Source of the DNA: an uncultured Flavobacteriales bacterium
GTDB lineage: Bacteria; Bacteroidota; Bacteroidia; Flavobacteriales_E; Vicingaceae
NCBI GenBank assembly: GCA_913048175.1
Contig: CAJWVX010000001.1
Location: 12,051-76,050 of the forward strand
Reading direction: 5' to 3'
DNA length: 64,000 bases
Shown here: positions 40,811 through 49,366 of the stretch, one piece after another
How the letters are laid out: each line of letters opens with the position of its first letter
How positions within the stretch are numbered: position 1 is the stretch's first letter
Translations under genes and position numbers: made by a program
Notes under the pieces: model-generated
Told to the model about the DNA's origin: nothing
Seen by the model: the letters and a program-made list of their open reading frames with translations, nothing else
The model's database searches: none

Positions 40811-41561
40811 AAGTTATCCTCCCATTTAAATTACTAACCAATTTGTTTCCTTTTTTATTTTCTGATATGCAATACTGAATAATAGCATCTCTTAATTTAA
40901 TACCAACTGATTCAGTATTCATAGGATCTAAAAAGAAATTCATTTTATCACCACCATTGGCTAAGTAATCTGAGGTGAGTATTTTATATTTTTTTTTTGA
41001 TTTATGAGGATTACCTAATTGAGTTTCGGTATCACCGAATTCATCTATTCCCATTTTGACTCCAGAAACTGGCTGGCCTCCAGTTCTTATTAAATAATTA
41101 ATTAGTGCATTTACGCTGTCGTTTGTAATAGTTAAAACAACCAATTCATTTTCAAAGGGCATTAATTCAAAGACTTTACCTCTGGTTATTTCTCCTTTAG
41201 GGAGAGAAGTTCTTAATCCGCCAAAGTTTAATAAGCAAAAATCAATACTATCATTATCAGATGGCCTATACAATTTATTAGCAACTTTTAGGCTTAAATC
41301 TGCAACTAAGTTTCCGAGCTTTGTTTCTGATCTTCCTCTTTCTTTCGGAAATTCTTCAGCAGAAACAACTAAAACATCATTCATTATAGCGTCTAATTTA
41401 TCTTTATAGGGCTTAATTAATGAATCAACTTGTTCTTGGTTTGCTATAGCTGAACTAATAGGTGTTGAACTGTTTTTAGTTTTAAAATAACTAGAAGGTT
41501 TACAACTTATTAAGTTGAAAACTATGCTGAAAACGAAAATGTATTTGATGCTGATTCTCAA
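40803..41561 (-). CDS. 5'-nucleotidase C-terminal (substrate-binding) domain lipoprotein
   Basis: 252 aa with lipobox NLISC. NFGGLRTSLPKGEIT..VFELMPFEN and TSDYLANGGD are typical of the 5_nucleotid_C domain. It overlaps the downstream gene by 8 nt. Confidence 0.8.
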   Translation of the reverse strand: MRISIKYIFVFSIVFNLISCKPSSYFKTKNSSTPISSAIANQEQVDSLIKPYKDKLDAIMNDVLVVSAEEFPKERGRSETKLGNLVADLSLKVANKLYRPSDNDSIDFCLLNFGGLRTSLPKGEITRGKVFELMPFENELVVLTITNDSVNALINYLIRTGGQPVSGVKMGIDEFGDTETQLGNPHKSKKKYKILTSDYLANGGDKMNFFLDPMNTESVGIKLRDAIIQYCISENKKGNKLVSNLNGRITFE

Positions 41562-41611
41562 AATAATAATGTTATTTTGCTGACTAAATTAAGACTAAAT
41601 AAGAAATAGAT

Positions 41612-42019
41612 ATGTACGTTTCCAAAACAAAAGTTAGAGTTAGATATTCTGAAACGGATATGATGGGTTATTGCTATTATGGCAATTACGCTACTTATTT
41701 TGAAGTTGCAAGAGTAGAAGCTATAAGGCAATTAGGATTTAGTTATAAGCAAATGGAAGATGATGGAATTGCTCTACCTGTTTTAGAGTTTTCTATTAAA
41801 TACTTTAAGCCTGCGTTTTATGATGATGAGCTAACTATTGAAACAACTGTTATTGAAATACCTAAAGTTAGAATTCATTTTACTTACAAAACTTTTAATG
41901 CAGAAGGTATTCAGTTAAATGAAGCTAAAACTTCATTGGTATTTATTGATAAGAATACTATGAAACCATGCCAAGCTCCCAAAGAGTTTATTGCTGAAAT
42001 TGAAAAACATTTTAATTAA
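41612..42019 (+). CDS. Acyl-CoA thioesterase, 4HBT/YbgC family (hot-dog fold)
   Basis: 135 aa with VRVRYSETDMMGYCYYGNYATYFEVARVEAIRQLG, the YbgC-type catalytic-Asp region. Confidence 0.85.
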   Translation: MYVSKTKVRVRYSETDMMGYCYYGNYATYFEVARVEAIRQLGFSYKQMEDDGIALPVLEFSIKYFKPAFYDDELTIETTVIEIPKVRIHFTYKTFNAEGIQLNEAKTSLVFIDKNTMKPCQAPKEFIAEIEKHFN

Positions 42020-42039
42020 TTTTTATGATTTAAATATGT

Positions 42040-42057
42040 TATCGTAATATTGCGATA
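42040..42057. promoter_or_regulatory. Imperfect 18-bp palindrome, candidate ArsR operator
   Basis: TATCGTAATATTGCGATA has 16 of 18 positions self-complementary, centred on AATATT. It ends 11 nt upstream of the arsR ATG. Confidence 0.4.
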
Positions 42058-42068
42058 TAATATTTGTC

Positions 42069-42398
42069 ATGGGAATTTCTAAATCAACTCAATTTACAGA
42101 AAAACAAAATCGTAAAGCAGAATTATACAAAGCTTTAGGTCACCCAGCTCGTATTGCAATAATCGAATTTTTAATTGAAAAAGATTCTTGTGTTTGTGGA
42201 GATATTGTAGAAAACCTACCATTATCACAATCAACCATTTCTCAGCATTTAAAGGAATTAAAAAGTGTAGGGATTATTAAAGGAGAAATAGAAGGATCTA
42301 AAACCTGTTATTGTATTGATAATAAAGTTTGGATAGAATTAGAAGAAATAAATATAAAATTAACTGAAAGCTATTCCAATAAAAATGGATGCTGTTAA
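42069..42398 (+). CDS. arsR: ArsR/SmtB family metalloregulator
   Basis: 109 aa with LGHPARIAIIEFL, the CVC motif DSCVCGDIVE, and HTH LSQSTISQHLKELK. It ends in ...NGCC. Confidence 0.85.
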   Translation: MGISKSTQFTEKQNRKAELYKALGHPARIAIIEFLIEKDSCVCGDIVENLPLSQSTISQHLKELKSVGIIKGEIEGSKTCYCIDNKVWIELEEINIKLTESYSNKNGCC

Positions 42399-42409
42399 AA
42401 TATTAAGCT

Positions 42410-42880
42410 ATGAAATTATCTGAATTTAAAAATGTTTTAAAAACGTTAGAGAAAGTAAGTTTTAGAATGCCCAATGGAGAATTTGTTGAGTCTCATACTC
42501 ATATTACAGAAGTTGGTATGGTAAATAAACAATTTATTGATTGTGGAGGAGTAGTTAGAAATGAAACAAAAGTTGGATTTCAATTATGGAAAGATGATAG
42601 TGATTTGGATCATAGATTGTTTCCTGATAAGCTTAATAATATTATTGATATTTCTGAAAAAAAGTTATCTATTTTAGATGAAGAAATTGAGGTTGAATAT
42701 CAAACAGAAACAATAGGGAAATATGGTGTTGAATTTAATGGATTTGAATTTGTTTTAACCAATAAATTAACAGCTTGCTTGGCTGAAGATAATTGTGGGA
42801 TACCAGTTGTTAAGCAAAAAGTAAGTATTTCTGAAATTGAAAATGGAGGAAGTTGTGCTCCAAATTCTGGCTGTTGTTAA
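42410..42880 (+). CDS. DUF6428-like protein of ars operons
   Basis: 156 aa. The N-terminus MKLSEFKNVLKTLEKVSFRMPNGEFVESHTHITEVG matches my recollection of DUF6428. It ends in ...CAPNSGCC. Confidence 0.65.
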   Translation: MKLSEFKNVLKTLEKVSFRMPNGEFVESHTHITEVGMVNKQFIDCGGVVRNETKVGFQLWKDDSDLDHRLFPDKLNNIIDISEKKLSILDEEIEVEYQTETIGKYGVEFNGFEFVLTNKLTACLAEDNCGIPVVKQKVSISEIENGGSCAPNSGCC

Positions 42881-43847
42881 TCGATTGACTTTTTTAAAAT
42901 ACATAATTATAATAATTCTTTTTTTTCCAGTGCTAATTTTTGGAAACACTGATTCTACTTCTTTTATAAAACATAAAAGTAAAATTGAGTTAAAGCCATA
43001 TTATGTAACACAAAAATTAAGTTTAAAACTACAAGGGAATAATAGTCTTGCGACTTATGAGCCAGGACTTACAGGGTCTGTTGGTCTCAGTGTTTCTTAC
43101 AAATTTTTAGGTGTTAGCTTTGGTAAAAGTGTTTTTAATGAGAAGGTGGGAGAGCTTAAAGAAAAATCAGAGTATTTTGACTTAAGGCTCAATTTTTCTG
43201 GAAGAAGAGTTGCTGTAGATATAGATTTTCAGTGGTTTATTGGTTTTTCTGTATCTGACTTATCTAACAATATATCTGACTCTTTAAAAGAATTTATTCA
43301 ACCTAATTTAGATTTGGTAAATTATGGAATTGACTTTTACTATGGATTAAATAAAAAAATGTCAATCCAGTCTATTTATAAGTATAATGAGCGTCAATTA
43401 AAAAGTTCAGGATCTATTATTGTTGGTTTAAAACAAAATTTCGCAGAATTAAGTTATAGTAGTACTATTTTTCCTGAAGAAATATTAACAGATTCTAGGA
43501 TAGTAGATATCGTAGATGCAGAAAATCAAGGAAGTTTTTTTACAATAATTCCAGTAGTTGGCTACCAATATAATTTCATTAAAGATAAAATTCATTTATC
43601 TCCTTTTGCATCAGTTGGTTATGGGGTTCAGTATCAAAGTTATATTTCTAAAAGCAAAGGAAATTTTAAAGGATTTAGAAAAGCAACTACTTTAAATTTA
43701 AATTTACCATTTGGTTATAACGGTGATAAAATATATTATGGAGTTGTAGGAAAATATAATCAAACAATTTCGGACATACAAGATAGAGGAAATATGAATT
43801 ATTCGTTATTTAACCTAAAGTTTTTTTTCGGATTTCGATTTAAATAA
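42837..43847 (+). CDS. Predicted outer-membrane beta-barrel protein (possibly DUF4421-like)
   Basis: The 336-aa track ORF more likely starts at the in-frame TTG at 42885, giving signal peptide (M)TFLKYIIIIILFFPVLIFG right after the upstream stop. Amphipathic strands alternate throughout, and the C-terminus is FFFGFRFK. Confidence 0.6.
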   Translation: MKMEEVVLQILAVVNRLTFLKYIIIIILFFPVLIFGNTDSTSFIKHKSKIELKPYYVTQKLSLKLQGNNSLATYEPGLTGSVGLSVSYKFLGVSFGKSVFNEKVGELKEKSEYFDLRLNFSGRRVAVDIDFQWFIGFSVSDLSNNISDSLKEFIQPNLDLVNYGIDFYYGLNKKMSIQSIYKYNERQLKSSGSIIVGLKQNFAELSYSSTIFPEEILTDSRIVDIVDAENQGSFFTIIPVVGYQYNFIKDKIHLSPFASVGYGVQYQSYISKSKGNFKGFRKATTLNLNLPFGYNGDKIYYGVVGKYNQTISDIQDRGNMNYSLFNLKFFFGFRFK

Positions 43848-43855
43848 ATAAGTAT

Positions 43856-44503
43856 ATGAGAAATTATATTTCGGAAGTTATAGGAACTTTCTTTTTAATA
43901 TTTGCAGGATGTGGTGCTATGGTAGTAAATACTTACAGCGGAGGAGCATTAGGTCACGTAGGAGTAGCTATGAGTTGGGGATTAATTGTAATGGTTCTTA
44001 TTTATACTATTGGTGATATTTCTGGAGCACATTTAAACCCTGCAGTTACTTTAGGTTTTTGGGTAGCTAAACGTTTTAAGGGAAAGGAAGTTTTACCTTA
44101 TATAATAGCGCAATCAATTGGAGCATTTTTAGCAAGTTTTACACTAAAATTAATGTTTCCTTTAGATGAAACTTTAGGTGCATCTTTACCTTCAAGTACT
44201 TGGGAACAATCCTTTGTTATGGAGTTAATTCTAACATTCTTATTAATGTATGTAATCCTAAATGTTTCTAGCGGAGCAAAAGAAAAAGGCATAATGGCAG
44301 GAACAGCAATTGGAGCAACAGTAGGTTTAGAAGCTATGTTTGCTGGGCCTGTTTGTGGAGCATCAATGAATCCAATTCGATCAATTGCTCCAGCATTAGT
44401 TTCTGGGCACACAGAATATTTATGGGCATATGTAGTTTCTACTTTATTAGGAGCAATTTTAGCGGTTTTTGTATTTAAATTAACAAGGAAGGAGTCAGCT
44501 TAA
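43856..44503 (+). CDS. MIP/aquaporin family channel (putative As(III) channel)
   Basis: 215 aa with 6 TM segments. The first motif is canonical (SGAHLNPAVTLG). The second is NPI instead of NPA (GASMNPIRSIAP, codons aat cca att). Confidence 0.85.
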   Translation: MRNYISEVIGTFFLIFAGCGAMVVNTYSGGALGHVGVAMSWGLIVMVLIYTIGDISGAHLNPAVTLGFWVAKRFKGKEVLPYIIAQSIGAFLASFTLKLMFPLDETLGASLPSSTWEQSFVMELILTFLLMYVILNVSSGAKEKGIMAGTAIGATVGLEAMFAGPVCGASMNPIRSIAPALVSGHTEYLWAYVVSTLLGAILAVFVFKLTRKESA

Positions 44504-44717
44504 TTAGGAATAAAAAATTAATAGATAAAGCCAGAATGGTTTGTAATGAGAAAATTGAAATAAGAAATGAATAAATTTTGGCTTATTTTCATGCTTTTTT
44601 TGTAAATAAAAATAACAATCCTGAATTATTAATGGTAATGACTGAATAGTGTGTTAAGACGAATAAATTAGACCGTTTTAAAAAAGTAATTAAAATTAAA
44701 AAGTTAATAGAAGAACT

Positions 44718-45110
44718 ATGAAAAAAGTATTATTTGTTTGTGTAGAAAATTCTTGTAGAAGTCAAATGGCTGAGGCTTTTGGTAAAATGCATGGAAAAGG
44801 AATTATTGATGTTTACAGTTCTGGATCAAAACCTTCAGGTATTATTAATCCTAAAGCTATTTCATCGATGAGCGATGTTGGTTATAATTTAAACCAACAT
44901 ATTTCTGTTGGTTTAGATGAAGTTCCTCAAGAGACTTATGAATATGCTATAACAATGGGCTGTGGAGATGAATGCCCCATGATTAATGCAGAAAATAGAG
45001 AGGATTGGGCATTACCAGATCCAAAACATATGGAGGCTGCAGAATTTAATAAGATTAGAGATATTATTGAAGCTGAAGTAAAAGACTTAATTTCAAAGAT
45101 AAAAGGGTAA
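44718..45110 (+). CDS. arsC: Arsenate reductase, LMW-PTP fold (thioredoxin-coupled type)
   Basis: 130 aa with P-loop CVENSCRSQMAE and a downstream Cys pair GCGDECP. Confidence 0.85.
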   Translation: MKKVLFVCVENSCRSQMAEAFGKMHGKGIIDVYSSGSKPSGIINPKAISSMSDVGYNLNQHISVGLDEVPQETYEYAITMGCGDECPMINAENREDWALPDPKHMEAAEFNKIRDIIEAEVKDLISKIKG

Positions 45111-45115
45111 TACCA

Positions 45116-46606
45116 TTATAAATCTTGTTTCTTGTATTCTCTCATTTGTTTGGTTGGTTCTATTGTTGAATAACCTTTCCATAGTTTATCATCAAATTGA
45201 TCAACATAAATAACCTTAATATATTTAGGTTGTTTTTTGTTTTGATAGGTCTTAGATGAAATCTCTTTTTCTGAAAGGACTAAATATTCTTTTGAGGAGG
45301 TTGAGTTTACAGATACATTCAGTCTAATTTTAATTTCGTTCAATTTTTTATCGAAGAAAAACCTTGTCTTCTTTTTTAATAAAGATACATTTCTGTCTAT
45401 ACTTGATTTCTCTCCATTTTTTTGAGAATAATATTTCAGTTTATACTTACCATTTTCCTTCTCATAACTTACTGAATTTGAAAACATATTTTTGGTGTAA
45501 CCAATACCTAACATATTTATGTTAGTTCCAGTTTTTCCTGGAGCATATTCGTAATCAGCTTTAACTAATGCATAAGTTTCCATAGATATATAAGCTCTTC
45601 CAATATATTTGCCATTTTTATCAGGCTCAAAATCTATTATATATACATTTTCACCATTAAATCTAGTTCCACCAATAAGAGAGTATTTATATTTATTTGT
45701 AGCATGTAAAAACTCCCAATCTTTCTTGTCAGTTATTAATTTATTTAGCCTTTTTTGAATTCCGTTTCTGTAATATTTTGAATGAAATTTTGGAGTTTTA
45801 TCCTTTCTTAGAGAGTCTGAAGTTTCTTCTTCAATATCAATTTTACTACCTATAATTCCACTTTTCACTTTCCAATATTCCTTTTCTCTGGTATTTTTAA
45901 ACATTTTTTCAAACATCGATTCTAATTGTTTGAAATCGGCAAGATCTTTTTCTTTTAAAGAAACCATTTTTATGGGCAATACTTTTAAGGTGTCCGAGCT
46001 TTTGTTAGAAAAATAGAGGTCACCCAGAAAATCTGAGTAAGAAACAGAATGATTAGGAATCTTACTTTCAATAAGTTTAGTGACTTTTTCATCCAATTTT
46101 GCAAATGAACTTTTTTTAAATTTTATTTTAAAATATTGGATATCTGAAACGTATTTACTCCTAATAAAAACCTGATTTTTCTTATTTATTTTTTGATAGT
46201 TCTTATCTTCATTTTGGAGTACTTTCTTTATAATTTGTTCCGGATTTTTTTCCTCTGCAAAAACGAAAGTTTCTGCTAGATTAAAAATTTCTTCTTCTAA
46301 ATAGATAGTCGGATTAGCTTTAAAATCAGAAATTGAAATGTTTTTAGTTTTGTATCCAATAAATAAAAAAGTAAGAGAATCCTCTTTATTAAGATTAGAA
46401 AAATCGATAGAAAAATTGCCAATTTCATTCGTTATTGTACCTCCACTTCTGTTAAGAATTGCTACGTTAGCATAGGGGAGAGGAGATTTCATTTTCTCAT
46501 CCAATAGTAACCCTTTTATGATTGAATTTTCCTGAGCATTTAGATTGAATGCAAATAAACCTAATATCAATAATGAATAAAATTTCACTCTTAAAACCAT
46601 AAACAA
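45116..46606 (-). CDS. Carboxypeptidase-regulatory-like domain protein, secreted
   Basis: 496 aa with a signal peptide. The N-terminal IKGLLLDEKMKSPLPYANVAILNRSGGTITNEIGNFSI fits the CarboxypepD_reg pattern. The rest is unassigned. Confidence 0.6.
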   Translation of the reverse strand: MFMVLRVKFYSLLILGLFAFNLNAQENSIIKGLLLDEKMKSPLPYANVAILNRSGGTITNEIGNFSIDFSNLNKEDSLTFLFIGYKTKNISISDFKANPTIYLEEEIFNLAETFVFAEEKNPEQIIKKVLQNEDKNYQKINKKNQVFIRSKYVSDIQYFKIKFKKSSFAKLDEKVTKLIESKIPNHSVSYSDFLGDLYFSNKSSDTLKVLPIKMVSLKEKDLADFKQLESMFEKMFKNTREKEYWKVKSGIIGSKIDIEEETSDSLRKDKTPKFHSKYYRNGIQKRLNKLITDKKDWEFLHATNKYKYSLIGGTRFNGENVYIIDFEPDKNGKYIGRAYISMETYALVKADYEYAPGKTGTNINMLGIGYTKNMFSNSVSYEKENGKYKLKYYSQKNGEKSSIDRNVSLLKKKTRFFFDKKLNEIKIRLNVSVNSTSSKEYLVLSEKEISSKTYQNKKQPKYIKVIYVDQFDDKLWKGYSTIEPTKQMREYKKQDL

Positions 46607-47097
46607 CCTTAACGAATTTTTTTGTTAAAAGTACATTGGATTTTTCAGAATAAAAAAGCCGAATTGATAAGAATTGTTAAATCACGTTAAATCTGGTTTA
46701 GAATATTTAATAATATTTTACTTTAGTGCTAAAGGTTTATCTTTTTATGTTCAACTTAATATTTAAATTCAATCTTTTTTTGCATAAATTGTCCTTGACA
46801 AAAGTAAAATTAGTTTTATTTCTTCAAGTTGAGGAAGAGGAACATGCTTCTCAATAATTATATATACATCATTAGATCTATTATTTTTAAGAGATAATTC
46901 ATTAGGAAGGTATTTAACAACATCTTCATCTAAGAGTTTTTCTTTCTTTGCTGCATAAAAATCTAGTTTATATTACTTTAACAAGTTTTCTTATAAACTC
47001 CATCGTTTATATTTTAGATCTCAAAGGTATTATTTGAAATTTAAAATATCACTTCTATCTTATTGGGGGCTATAACAGATTATTTATTCAATTGATG

Positions 47098-47105
47098 TAA
47101 CTTTG
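47098..47105 (+). promoter_or_regulatory. Bacteroidota-type -7 promoter element (TAnnTTTG)
   Basis: TAACTTTG lies 39 nt upstream of the ATG at 47145. Confidence 0.35.
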
Positions 47106-47144
47106 CTTCATATTCCATATTTTTAATAAAAAAACTAGAAATAA

Positions 47145-47621
47145 ATGAAATACAGAATCTTGTCGGATAATGAATTAAAGGAGTTGGAAGGTGAATTCAA
47201 ACATTTTTTAATTACTAATAATGTTTACACTGAAGAGTGGGAGGAGCTAAATAAGAAGAAGGATAAAAAAGTTTTAGAGCTAGTTGAAATGTTTAGTGAT
47301 ATCGTGATAGAAAAAGCTTTGAAAAACATTAAATACTTAGAACACATTACTCCTTTAGATATTAAGTCTTTTAAGTGTGAAGATGAACAAATGATTTTAA
47401 TTGGAATAGCATCAAAAAATAAAAATATTGATTTCACTAAAGATATTTTATCTGATTTTGCTGATGATTTGGATATTTTCAGAATGACTAAACCCTTCTA
47501 TAAAGATAGAGAGTTGGAAGTGTTTGAATTGTTAAACTCAGGATGTTCAATTATTAATGAGGAACGTTTTAATAAATTAGAAATGGCATATAATTATTCT
47601 TCTAAACCAATGAAAAACTAG
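47145..47621 (+). CDS. Conserved hypothetical protein (possibly DUF6495-like)
   Basis: 158-aa acidic helical ORF. Its stop overlaps the GTG start of dacB (TAGTG), which suggests co-transcription. Confidence 0.5.
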   Translation: MKYRILSDNELKELEGEFKHFLITNNVYTEEWEELNKKKDKKVLELVEMFSDIVIEKALKNIKYLEHITPLDIKSFKCEDEQMILIGIASKNKNIDFTKDILSDFADDLDIFRMTKPFYKDRELEVFELLNSGCSIINEERFNKLEMAYNYSSKPMKN

Positions 47622-49084
47622 TGCGATTAACTCTCTTCATAATTAGTATTTTATTTGGGGTAGTTTTAAATGCTCAAACGTCAAAAGAAGTTCGTTTGGC
47701 TATTCAAAAAATGGCAGCTGAAAAAGATCTAAAAAATGCTTCAATCAGTTTTTATGCCTATGATTTAGATTCAAATAGTGTTGTTGCTGGTTTAGGAGCA
47801 AATAAAAGTTTAGTTCCGGCTTCTACAATGAAATTAATTACAACAGCTACTGCATTGGAGTTGCTTGGCCCAGAAAAGCGATTCTCCACTTCCATAAAGT
47901 ATTCTGGTGAAATAGATTCTAATTGTGTTCTAAATGGAGATATTTATATTGTTGGAGGTGGAGATCCATGTTTAGGATCTGAAAGATTTTCTGAACATTA
48001 TGGAAATTTCATTAATAAATGGGCAATTGAGATTATTAAATTGGGCATTGATTCTATAAATGGAAGAGTAATAGGAGATGCTTCTGTTTTTAGCGAGCAG
48101 ATGATTCCATCAACATGGATCTGGTCAGATTTAGGCAATTACTATGGTGCTGGTCCTTGTGGTCTTTCTATTTATGAAAACAAATGCAAGCTTGAACTAA
48201 AATCTGGAAAAAGAGGGGATTCAACAGAAATTACATGCGTTTACCCTTACATTCCAAATCTTGATTTTAATAACCATGTAAAAGGAATGATTACGCATAA
48301 AGACCAATCTTATATTTTTGGTGGGCCTTATCAGGAGAATCGTTCAATTGAAGGAGGAATTCCTGTTAATTCAGAAAAATTTATGGTTAAAGGTTCAATT
48401 CCTGATCCTTCATATTTAGCAGCGTTTCAATTAGAAATGGAATTAAGAGGCTTAGGAATTATATTATCAAAACCATCAACAACAATTCGTAAGTTAAAAA
48501 TAGATAACAAAGGTAGTCAGAAAATTAAAAAACATACAGTTACAACAAAATACTCTCCTAAGCTCATTGATATTATTAAGTTAACCAATTTTTATAGTAT
48601 AAATTTATACGCAGAACATTTAACTAATCAAATAGGTAGGTTTAAATATAAAAGTGGGGATACAGGTTCTGGTAGCCAGGCTACAACACTTTTTTGGAAA
48701 GGAAATGATCTTGATGTAAATGGAATGTATGTTTATGACGGTAGCGGTTTGTCTAGGTTTAATTCAATTACAGCAAAACATCTTGTTGGTGTTTTGAAGC
48801 ATATGAATCAAAGCAAGAATAAGAAATTATTTATAAAGTCTTTACCCGTTGCTGGTAAATCTGGTACTATGAGGAATATAGGGAAAGGGACTGCTGCTTC
48901 AGGAAAAGTTAGAGCGAAAAGTGGAACAATGACCCGAATAAAAAGTTACGCAGGTTACATTACAACCAAGAACAAAAGCAATATAGCTTTTGCCTTAATT
49001 GTAAACAATTTTAATTGTACTTCTTTTGAAATGAAAAAGAAGATCGAGAAAATAATGATTAAAATCGCTGAAATTGAGCGATAG
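47621..49084 (+). CDS. dacB: D-alanyl-D-alanine carboxypeptidase/endopeptidase (PBP4, peptidase S13)
   Basis: 487 aa with a signal peptide, SxxK motif PASTMKLITTA, SGLSRFN, and the KTG-equivalent AKSGTM. The start codon is GTG. Confidence 0.85.
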   Translation: MRLTLFIISILFGVVLNAQTSKEVRLAIQKMAAEKDLKNASISFYAYDLDSNSVVAGLGANKSLVPASTMKLITTATALELLGPEKRFSTSIKYSGEIDSNCVLNGDIYIVGGGDPCLGSERFSEHYGNFINKWAIEIIKLGIDSINGRVIGDASVFSEQMIPSTWIWSDLGNYYGAGPCGLSIYENKCKLELKSGKRGDSTEITCVYPYIPNLDFNNHVKGMITHKDQSYIFGGPYQENRSIEGGIPVNSEKFMVKGSIPDPSYLAAFQLEMELRGLGIILSKPSTTIRKLKIDNKGSQKIKKHTVTTKYSPKLIDIIKLTNFYSINLYAEHLTNQIGRFKYKSGDTGSGSQATTLFWKGNDLDVNGMYVYDGSGLSRFNSITAKHLVGVLKHMNQSKNKKLFIKSLPVAGKSGTMRNIGKGTAASGKVRAKSGTMTRIKSYAGYITTKNKSNIAFALIVNNFNCTSFEMKKKIEKIMIKIAEIER

Positions 49085-49086
49085 CA

Positions 49087-49299
49087 TTACTTCGCTTTTT
49101 TAGGCTTAGAAACAGGTTTTCCATTTTTAAATTCTCCCAAAATCACAACATCTTTTACTTTGTCATATTCTTTGATCGCAATGTTCATTGCTTTTTCAGT
49201 CTCTCTCATAATCTTTATCCCAGACTTACTTCCTTTATTTCTAATTTCTAAATAATATCCATCTTTAAGCTTTGTTGGTTTTGTTGCTGGTCTTCCCAT
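49087..49299 (-). CDS. Small basic hypothetical protein
   Basis: 70-aa lysine-rich ORF (MGRPATKPTKLKDGYYLEIRNKGS...). No motif was recognised. Confidence 0.45.
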   Translation of the reverse strand: MGRPATKPTKLKDGYYLEIRNKGSKSGIKIMRETEKAMNIAIKEYDKVKDVVILGEFKNGKPVSKPKKAK

Positions 49300-49366
49300 C
49301 TATATCAAATATTTTATATTGCCGCTAATTTACACTTTATTGCAAGTTTAACAAGCCTAAAATCAA

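Noticed and set aside
46790-47003. Possible frameshifted small ORF on the minus strand in the 538-bp gap before 47145
   Set aside because: The sequence reads MEFIRKLVKVI* and then, in another frame, LDFYAAKKEKLLDEDVVKYLPNELSLKNNRSNDVYIIIEKHVPLPQLEEIKLILLLSRTIYAKKD*. I recognise no family. It could be a decayed gene or chance, so it is not supportable as a feature.
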